Assembly: GCF_032062105.1 (NCBI RefSeq)
Contig: NW_026937195.1
Coordinates: 1 to 64,000, forward strand
DNA length: 64,000 nucleotides
Direction: 5' to 3'
Origin: Saccostrea cucullata
Lineage: Eukaryota
Each line of letters opens with the position of its first letter. Positions within the stretch are counted from its first letter, which is position 1. Below, in pieces: positions 27,184-36,036 of this stretch. The translations under genes were made by a program, and so were the position numbers. The notes beneath the pieces were generated by a model that was not told the DNA's origin, did no database searches, and was given only the letters and a program-made list of their open reading frames with translations.

Positions 27184-28073
27184 ATGTGGTTGAGTAAAAG
27201 ACAGTTTTGTAAGAGAATTTCTAGAATAGAAGAAGAAGAAGAAGATATGGAGATGGATATAGACAAATTTACCTTATTAGAAAAGAGAATGACTGAACCT
27301 ATGGGGGATCATGAAGCTCCTCAACAAAGAAGAATAGAGTTGAAAAGGCTGGATGCGGAACCTCGAGTATTTACCCATGCATGAGAGCGTTCATGATCCT
27401 AAATTTCCAGACAGATGTCACAGGATTGCCATCAATTGGACCTTTATCATTTCTGAGGTGAAAGAAGAAGAAGATATAGAAATGTTTCTGAGCAATGAAG
27501 AGGATTTTCAGTATTTGATTTTACAAAAATAAAGGCATCCCTGGACAGGAGAAATGCATCAAATCCGGGGATTCATTCAAATGAAAAAACAGGTAGGGGG
27601 ATTGGAAATGTGTAAAGTTCATTGTACTGCCAGATTTGCTATGTCTCACATTACCCTAGAATTAGAAAGCTTGTTTTACAAGCAAGGGGTTGACTATGAA
27701 GAATGTGGAGTTGTAAAACCTGAGGAGAGAAACAAAGAATTGGACCCCAGAGATATAGGAATTCCAGGCACTATTAGGGTGTTTACCTCACAAACACCTG
27801 TGGTCATTTGTTTACTAGCTCAATGGAATTATGGGAAAGCAAGTCACAGACCTAAAAGAATTCCCATTCACTTATCAGGACACAGAAGAAAACAGAGAGA
27901 AATGGTTTCAAGCTTGTTTACAAGAAATGGGAACTTTACCTTACCAGATTTATGCTTTTCCTTATCAAATAGGGTATGGACTAGCCGGTGGAAACAGGAC
28001 TCATTATAGACATTATATTGAACAATTTGTACACACTTATGACAAACAGGTGTACATTCTTCATCAACATTAA
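27184..28073 (+). pseudogene. Disrupted ORF (~295 aa): acidic N-terminus, CRESS-virus Rep-like endonuclease domain, TARG1/DarG-type macrodomain (C-terminal two-thirds)
   Basis: Reconstruction across frameshifts (~27343, ~27868) and TAA 27530: AINWTFIIS...FQYLILQK*RHPWTGEMHQIRGFIQMKK...FYKQGVDYEECG, then PGTIRVF..VICLLAQWNYGK..DTEENREKWFQACL..AFPYQIGYGLAGGN. Confidence 0.65.
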
Positions 28074-28271
28074 GTGAATGTGTGTATGTGTGTATGTGTG
28101 TTGTTGTTGTTGTTTTATGTGCTATACAAAAATGTGTCTGTTATATGAATTCAATGAAAAGAGGGACTCTTTTTTTTCTTTTGTATTCTTTTCAATGTTT
28201 ATTATTATTATTTGAAAGAAAATATTAAAAAAACAAAAAACAAAAAAAAAAAAAAAACAATGACCTGGTGT

Positions 28272-28547
28272 TTTTGACTTGAAACACAAAACGTTTCTTT
28301 TTTACCACTGTATAAGAAGGTAATCTTATCTTTTGACACAAACAAAAAGTTTCTTTTTTTTTTACTGTATTCAAAGGTAATCTTTTCTTTTGACACACAC
28401 AAAACGTTTCTTTTTTCTTTTTGACTATATTCAAAGGTATTTTTTTTCTTTTGACACACAAAAGTTTCTTTTTACCCCTGTATAAAAAGGTAATCTTTTC
28501 TTTTGACAAACGTTTCTATTTTTTTTTTTTTGGACTGTATAAAAAGC
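28272..28547. repeat. Five imperfect ~50-60-bp tandem units between convergent ORFs
   Basis: TTTTGACAC..AAAACGTTTCTTTTT..CTGTAT.AA(G/A)GGTAATCTT repeated at 28272, 28331, 28388, 28449 and 28501. Confidence 0.8.
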
Positions 28548-29418
28548 TTACTCCCGGAATGGTCTCCCTCGGAACTCCCGTCGCTCAAAGAGGGGTGGCC
28601 GCTGATTAGAGCTAAGCGGCTCCATGAACTCCGGTCTTACGGGTGGTGGTGGCGGTAGCGGCGGCAGCGGTCTGGTTGGGAGAGGCGGTCTTCTGTGGCG
28701 TGTTCGCCTCAACCCTCTTACGCCGCGGGGGGGCCAGGTTTCTGGGTCGCCGACTTCTACACAAAGGGTAGCAGGAGGGGGGTGATGACTGGGCATCCAG
28801 CACTTCGGAGCAGCGGTAACAGGCGGACCTGTTCCTGCACTCAAAACATATGTAATTAGAGGGCTGGTTCTCCTCCAAACACACAGAACACTGGTCGATT
28901 CTGGCCTCTGGAACCTGGATCGCCCAGACCGGTACGTGTCCCCTCGGAACCGGTGATACCCACACAGCAGATCTGGCTGGGGATGGCTGCTCCTTCTTCT
29001 CCGATGAATCGCTGGTAGATCAGTCGGAGTTCACGGGGGGCTCCCAGTCTGACTCTGATCCTCCGGCCACTCCCTGGAGTTGGCTAGGAGACCAGGTCTG
29101 GGTGGTCGGTCATGGAGGGGGGAACGGGCTCCTCGGAGAGTATCCAGGTGGGGGCGACGGGTTTCTGTAGGCCTCCGGGCTACTCAAAGGGGCCGAGTAC
29201 AAGGCAGCTGGTGACGTAGACCTCTCATCTTCTTCTGATCGTCTGTAAGGCGTGGGCCTCCTCGTCTGCCTTCTTCTTCTTCTCCTCTCTCGTCTTCCTC
29301 TCATGCTCGGAATGTCTCTGGCTAGCCCCAGTGTCACAAACGGCCATCTGGCCAGCTCCCGGCCTGTCGCTACATCCCTCACTATCCAGACGTTGAGTAC
29401 TTCAACACCATTAATCAA
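28548..29418 (-). pseudogene. Disrupted Arg-rich / Ser-Pro-rich protein with an all-cysteine RING finger (28758-28890)
   Basis: ORFs 29110-29418 and 28612-28965 are in the same frame, separated by stops; CSVC-x10-CFEC-x5-CYRC-x12-CYPLCR; Pro-rich tail in a shifted frame; 5' end interrupted by a HINE. Confidence 0.65.
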
Positions 29419-29429
29419 ATAATAGTTGG

Positions 29430-29862
29430 AAATCGATAGATCCAGAGCTTATATTATTTTGTCCTGTCTGTTTGTCTGTTTGTCTGTTTATCTGTTTGTC
29501 TGTCTGTCTGTTGTCAACTTTAACCTTCGCCATAGTTTTTGATCCATGAGAGATAGAGACTTTATATTTGGTATACATACTTCACTAATTAAGCTCTTAA
29601 ATTAAAATGACACCAAGTTTAATGGCCTTGTGACCTTGACTGTGACCTATATGCTAAAAATAGATTTTTCCACTTTTTGCCATAACCTTTGAACCATAGG
29701 AGATAGTGACTTCATATTTGGTATGCAAACTCTATTATTAAGTTTTTTCAAACGACACCAAGATCAATGACCTTGTGACCTTGACTGTGACCAATATGCT
29801 AAAAATAGATTTTTCGAACTTTGTTGCCGCCGGGCGCATAGTGTTTCATAAACACATCTTGT
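29430..29862 (-). mobile_element. Short HINE-like insertion inside the virus-like cassette
   Basis: Minus strand ACAAGATGTGTTTATGAAACAC head, two GACCTTGAC units, CTGT microsatellite. Confidence 0.8.
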
Positions 29863-30038
29863 TTTGCATTATTTATTTCTTAAAGACTGACAAATGTTCT
29901 AACTGTGGAATTCTCCTCCGGAATCGTATTCGATCGGCTACTAGACTCATCCAGGAACTTCTCCGGTCTTCGGGGGCAGATCATAGATTTGATTGAGGCT
30001 GGTATTAAAAGTCACTGATTTCCTAGCCTGTGTAAATT

Positions 30039-30410
30039 TTAACCCATTCCGTATTGAATACATACTTTCTCCATCGCATCTAATTCTGCCACAGTAAAAT
30101 CACTTTTGCCGCTTGGGGATGGGTCAGGAAACTGTTCGGCTATCCGAAATAATGGGTCAGGCTCACTCCGTAACATTGTTTTCATACGTTGACATAGGAA
30201 ATGTAGTGTAGCTAGATTCCTCACGGTCGTATGATGTGATAAGGCCAGGCATTGTAACCACAAATTCTGAGTTGTTTCCATTATAGTGGTCGCTTTCTGA
30301 AATACTTGTTCTGCCTCCGGGGGGAGAGCTTCTTTGTTGTTCTCTTTCCATCGCACTAAACAATCATACCCATCTAAAATCAAAGACTGGGTGTGTGTAA
30401 GGGTTGACAT
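30039..30410 (-). CDS. Orphan 123-aa ORF of the virus-like cassette
   Basis: Intact ATG-to-stop ORF with protein-like composition; TATAAA on the minus strand at 30451-30456; no family recognised. Confidence 0.55.
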   Translation of the reverse strand: MSTLTHTQSLILDGYDCLVRWKENNKEALPPEAEQVFQKATTIMETTQNLWLQCLALSHHTTVRNLATLHFLCQRMKTMLRSEPDPLFRIAEQFPDPSPSGKSDFTVAELDAMEKVCIQYGMG

Positions 30411-30603
30411 GATAGTCAGTTGTGAAGAAAGAACCAGATTTTTTTTATCATTTATACCTCCCTAGAGACGTACACAGGACGCATAGTTCAGTGAGTCAGG
30501 GAAAAAAAGGTAAGTAAAACTAGCGAGGGTGATGCGCACGCGAGGGGGGGGGGCAAACGTAAGTCCAACTTATTGATGCACACGGCCTTACAGATCCTAC
30601 AGG

Positions 30604-30636
30604 TATATAAACCAGAGCAGGGAATTTAAGATCAGT
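30604..30636 (+). promoter_or_regulatory. TATA box + TCAGT initiator (one half of a divergent promoter, 30411-30673)
   Basis: TATATAAA 30604-30611, TCAGT 30632-30636 (30-nt spacing), ATG 30674. Confidence 0.55.
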
Positions 30637-30673
30637 CTTCGTTGGCACTTTGAACTTGACAGACGTAAAAAAT

Positions 30674-31283
30674 ATGGCAAACATGCCTGAGACACAGGGT
30701 CCCGTCGGATTTGATTTGGGAATGTTTAATCTTCCAGAATTCATGAATAAAGAAGATATGGGCATCTTGACTACAATTCTGGATGGGATTGTCAACGTGC
30801 TGACTGATCGGAAAAACTACAACGTCAGTGAATTTTGTTTGATCCGTGGCAGATTGTCCAGATTAGAAGTCACCAACATTTCAGAGAAAGTGAGAGGAGG
30901 CTCTTACCAGGAAAAAGAGGACAAGGGTCCGGAGATACCAAGAAAACAAGACAGACGGACCCATGCTTCATCTGTAAAGAATTAGGGCATTGAAAAAACA
31001 GGATTAGTGCTACAAGTGCGGTAAATTAGGACATTGGGCTAATAAGTGTCCAGAGGAAGAAGAGGATCAACAATTCTTGAAAGAAGTAGAAAAACTGAAG
31101 AAAAAGCCTCAAGAACACAAGACCCCAGGACACCATACCAAACCATTAGTGAAAAAAGCAGAAAAAAGGAGAAAAAGTCTCAGGAACACAGCAGAGAGAT
31201 TCCCAGCACCCACAAGAGGAATCTGCCCGCCCCAGACGGAAAAGGCACAGAAGAAGAAAAGTAAAACTATGTATGTATTTTGA
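30674..31283 (+). pseudogene. Disrupted protein with two CCHC zinc knuckles and a basic tail
   Basis: CFICKELGH* at 30964-30993 and CYKCGKLGHWANKC at 31008-31049, the latter in frame with ORF 31077-31283; frameshifts relative to ORF 30674-30985. Confidence 0.65.
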
Positions 31284-31498
31284 CTTTGATTAAAATATGT
31301 TTTGGATTGTGTATTTTTGTTATTGTTTTTTTCCGTTTTCAGAAAATGCTGCTCGGCTGGCTGGCTGTGAATGAAACGTGACGTCAAAATCACATATTGG
31401 AATCGCTGCCAACACGTAGTAGCAGCGTATTTACCTAGTGTAAAAGGCTAAGATTTTTTAAGTCTATGCCTCTAAGGAGGAGTCCCCCCCACTCATCG

Positions 31499-31707
31499 GA
31501 CCTCCCTATCCCCACCCAGTGGCTGTCATTAGCTGACCTCCCTATCCTCACACAGATGCTGTACTTAGTTGACCTCCCTATCTCCCCCAGGGGCTGTACT
31601 AAATTGACCTCCCTATCCCCCTAGCCAATCAGAATCCAGCTTTTTCTACTTCATTTGCATAAAAAGTGCACTCAGTTGACCTCGCCAGCGCGGCGCCGAG
31701 TACTACT
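31499..31707. repeat. Subterminal 36-bp-period repeat array plus CCAAT and octamer motifs (putative TIR/origin)
   Basis: GACCTCCCTATC at 31499, 31535, 31571 and 31606, GACCTC at 31678; CCAAT 31625; ATTTGCAT 31653-31660; ACTACT 31702-31707. Confidence 0.8.
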
Positions 31708-31922
31708 CATAATCACAAGACATTGTGATCTCACTTTCCGGATCACCACACTGTGGTTTTCTGAATCCATATCACCACTCTCTGAAACTGACGACGTAGT
31801 ACGCAGAAACATGATATAAATTATTATTTTTCTTGCGCATTAAAAAGTCCCTTGTTATTATGCTTTGTTTCATGGATAAATGTTATACAATTGATCTCTA
31901 AAAGTTTTATTTTGCTATATTT
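31708..31922 (-). repeat. Interspersed repeat (inverted homologue of ~41360-41570; also ~20510-20605), interrupted at 31708
   Basis: Shared CAGTTTCAGAGAGTGGTGATAT..GAAAACCACAGTGTGGTGATCCGGAAAGT. Confidence 0.8.
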
Positions 31923-32069
31923 NNNNNNNNNNNNNNNNNNNNNNNNNNNNNNNNNNNNNNNNNNNNNNNNNNNNNNNNNNNNNNNNNNNNNNNNNNNNNN
32001 NNNNNNNNNNNNNNNNNNNNNNNNNNNNNNNNNNNNNNNNNNNNNNNNNNNNNNNNNNNNNNNNNNNNN
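31923..32069. other. Assembly gap
   Basis: N run. Confidence 1.
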
Positions 32070-32674
32070 AAGGTCAGAGTTCACATTCCTTGTACATCGT
32101 ATTGGAAGTTTAATTGTGTCGTCATTGAAATTTAACAAGCTACAAAAATTAATTAACGACATGATCATGCGTAAATAACAACTTGAATTTATCTGTGTTA
32201 TCGATTATTCATAAAATCTTGTAAAATTGTTATACTTGATAGCGATACAGTCGAGTAATAGAAGAAAGCCTTTTGTCAAATATGACGTCATCAGCCTTGA
32301 CATGACGCAGCACAAGTGATCCGAAGGAGTAAATTCACTGGTTTAATAATTACAAGAATGCTTAAATAAATATAATACCATTGCTAATTTTAAGACCTAA
32401 TCATTCAAACTAAAAGAAAATAATTTATTAAATACAATGTGTATGGAATATGAATTTATCTAGTAGCATTGAAGCTGCACAGGGATAAGGAATATAGAGA
32501 ATATCGCTAAAACGATGAGCGTATTCGTGATATACATCATAAGTGCAAGGGCATAGACTATTTTGTTTGAGCTGAAATTTGGAATATTTATTGCTCATAT
32601 TGTGTATATTTTGAAAAGTGCTGGGAGCTGATCCTGGTCTGCATAACATTAATTTTATTTATAACAGAATTTAA

Positions 32675-32990
32675 GGTCAGACGACACGTTCCTCAAATAT
32701 ATGTTTTGCATCCCTTGGTATTGAAAAAAAATATTCATATTTGTCATTCTTTTCCGATTTCTACATTGTTTTTAAAATGTTTTTAAATTTAAGTACACCA
32801 AAAATTATGTTTAAAGCCATTTAGAAGATTACCCATAAGGGTTATATAAGAAATATGACCATATGGTATCTTGGCCAAATGCCTGGTAAGGTACCCTAGT
32901 TTTTTGTGAGAAAAGTTAATTAGATACCTCTACTTCAATGGCAAATTCTTAAGAAAAGTTATATATTTTTGAGGAACGTGTCGTCTGACC
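32675..32990. mobile_element. TTAA-target MITE (Kolobok-like)
   Basis: 23-bp TIR GGTCAGACGACACGTTCCTCAAA with TTAA on both flanks. Confidence 0.85.
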
Positions 32991-33981
32991 TTAAGCGAAA
33001 TGGAAATTTTTAGCTATTATAAGCATTTTCGGCAAATTTTAAGTACTTCGCAAACAGCACTGACTAGCTCCCAGCACTTTTTGGGTAGAGGATATAAACC
33101 TCTTTTAATGTGTATCAATTATTTTCTTGAAAAAAAACAAGCGTATGCCCTTGCACTATCCACATTTCCTACATTCATCTTAACAATTCTATTTTTATAC
33201 AAACGTGACAAACAGCTGATACGTGCGATATAACTGGTAATAACTACGGCCCAGTCCTATCCATTATTGATAGCTATATTACCTTTTCTACAAGTATTCA
33301 GTTGCTTTGTTAAATTTTTTTAAAAAGAAGCAATACATATTAAAACGGTGCAAAGGTAACATTTTCCATATCGGTCCTTAACATAGCTGTGTAACGTGGA
33401 ATGAGCCAGGATTTCCTTTTCAAATCAAAACAAGAATGTCTTCAATGAAAACAAGAATTTATTTACAACAAAAATTAAGAAAAGACAAATCAAAATAATA
33501 AATCACACAATCACATTCACGCACACTCACTCAAATGATCGAACAAAAAAAATATTATTTACAATGAAAAAAAAAAGGTTTTAAACAACTGTTTTCAACA
33601 CGTGTTCTCAACAAGTCAAACCTATCAACATTGCCAGTATTGTCCACATCAATACGAAAGTCCACACAATTCAGATCAACACTATCCTCCAAACTTCCGG
33701 GGCTGTAGTCCTAGACTGTTGTTTGAGGATCAGTAGTATTGATTCACGACTGCTAGTGATTCCCGCGCCTAAACATCATCATCGACTTCGTCTTCATCAA
33801 CATCATCATTGACATCATCGTCGTCATCAACACATCATCGACATCATCGTCGTCATCAACACATCAGAGTACCCATAACACCTCAGCATGGTGCTAATAT
33901 ATTAACTATCCTTTATCAGTAAATAATTATGTACTCTATATATGGCAATACTATAATACAATTATACTGGCTTTAATTAAT

Positions 33982-35245
33982 CAGGTTGGGCACAGCCTAC
34001 CAAATGGTACTTAATCCCCCGTTTGGTAGATAATCTACCATATCGGTAACGAATTTTACTAACCAAATGGGGGACAAAATTGGTTGTGTTTAATTCCATG
34101 GAGTGGAGTGGAATTTCGCATAATTTAAACCATGTGGAATAAAATATAGATATTTATCGGTGGTCTGGGTGAAAAAAATAAAAAATTCTATGTGCAATTT
34201 TTTGCGCATAGTCGTTCAAAAATTTGAAAAAAAAAACGTAGCTTATGTAAGCAAGTTCAATGTTTCTCCGTTTTTTACTTTAAAAGAAAATTCTCTCCTT
34301 CTCCAACGATGCTGCACCTGTCAATCATGTCCTTTACTTTCTTTTTCGATTATCCGGGCAACCAATCAATTAGTGCAAACCAATAAAACGATGATCTTTT
34401 TTTTAAACCTAATGAAAAGTCGGATTTAACTACGGAGGCACATTTGTGTTAATTTTCAACTAGGAAATCAGAAGAAAAATAAGTTTTGCCTTTATTTCTT
34501 TTTATTTTGAAAACAATGGCTTTGTTCTTCATAGAAATCGTAAATGTAGTTGGAATTAGACATAATTATTGTTTTAAAAACGATGTACTTGGAACAAAAA
34601 CAGAATTAATGGCAAACGTCAATTTGTACATCTTTTATTGAATATTATTTTTCGATTTTATTAAATTCACCAGTAAAATGCATATTAAACCCCAAAAGGT
34701 CGCATGGAATCTGCAACTTCATCCTAAAAGAAAAATGACAACAAATATTACGTACAACTCTGGAAAAAATTAACTTTATAGCAGGAAGTGCCCACCATAC
34801 CGGTAAGGCATGAGGAGCTCGTGTTTAACAGGATTTTATGGAGATAAACATTGACGAAGATCCAAAAAGATATTGAAAGTTAACTCATCAAGAGTTAAAT
34901 CACTGTATAAAATTGGATTTTTATCCAACAAGACACAATAAAGATTTTTGTTGATCGTTTGATCAAGAAGTTCGGCTGTCACAGACAACTATGCGTTTTT
35001 TTTTTGTTTTTACGAAGTTACGGAGAAATAACACATAGAAATTCGACCGATTTATGTTAATTGTGCGAGGAATATATTCACAAAAATCTCCCGGTGCCTA
35101 AATAAATCCGCTTTTGTTTTATTTTAATAAACATTTCAATAGAATAAAAAAGTCCCCCATTTGGTTAGTAAAATCCGTTACCGATATGGTAGATTATCTA
35201 CCAAACGGGGGATAAAGTACCATTTGGTAGGCTGTGCCCAACCCG
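33982..35245. mobile_element. MITE with ~95-bp TIRs nested in the 3' LTR
   Basis: GGTTGGGCACAGCCTACCAAATGGTACTT..ACTAACCAAATGGGGGAC and its reverse complement; TTAAT direct repeat on both flanks. Confidence 0.85.
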
Positions 35246-36036
35246 TTAATAACCACATAGTTATGTTTGAGTTCAATATAACATAAACACTAAGATACTT
35301 TCAATATCTTCAGTTTGTTTACAGTTGACATAGATACAAAATGGCTGACAACACTTCCGGTCACTTACTTCCGCTCAGACATTTAAATGAAAAAGTAATA
35401 CAGCGAACAAAAATACAATAAAATAAAGAAACAGGCTGTTCTTTAAATGTATAGAATAACACTAACAGCGATAAAACTTCTGACGAGAAAACCTATTCAA
35501 ACACTCTCGCTAACGTCACACCTGAACGCACACACAGGTAAGTCATTGATGACTGCCTGCCAAGGTGAATTAATGTAACGAATTTTAAAGGTACATTTAA
35601 CATAACTAAAAATACTTGCAAAATATACTTACCACGGTCTGTTTTCCGTGCAAAGATATACTAAAAAGTAGACTTGCTGTAAGTCATAGGCATATGCTGG
35701 TGCAAAACTTAACCAATCTGTCCTGACCCATTAACGTGTCTTACACGGTGGACAGCTCTGCCGGGAATACCTTGCTATTGTTACCTGTCCTGTCAGCCCA
35801 AATTCTGCAAGGAATTCTGGGTGCTTTACCAAAGAGGTGCCGGAAGGGCAATACTTGAAACAAAACAAGGGGTACCCTATAGGTTTAAACTAGTGATTGT
35901 TACACACCTCCCTCCTTTAAGAAAATTGTCATACAATTTTTTCTAGAACAATCACTATAAGACAAAAATTTGGAAAATGCTGAACGTATTCAGAGTATAC
36001 ACTATATAAATACCTTGAATTGTCTACTACTGTCAT

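Larger units (their letters stand above)
26993..31707. mobile_element. Terminal fragment of a probable Polinton/Maverick (adintovirus-like) element with decayed accessory genes
   Basis: Higher GC; compact apparently intronless ORFs on both strands with TATA boxes; subterminal tandem repeats; ends ...CGAGTACTACT (5'-AGTAGT on minus) exactly where an unrelated host repeat is interrupted. No pPolB, integrase or capsid in the window. Confidence 0.6.

Noticed and set aside
28758-28890. RING exon belonging to the RING-less TRIM pseudogene on the same strand
   Set aside because: Embedded in a continuous virus-like ORF without fitting splice sites; the TRIM gene has its own 5' exon at ~23570-23650
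30674-31283. Gag of a separate LTR/DIRS element
   Set aside because: No LTR, PBS or pol nearby; has its own TATA/Inr inside the cassette
31499-31620. CRISPR-like repeat-spacer array
   Set aside because: Eukaryotic context, spacers are similar to each other (tandem repeat), no cas genes
31824-32178. ORFs spanning N runs (also 47219-47682 and 50202-50502)
   Set aside because: Artefacts of assembly gaps
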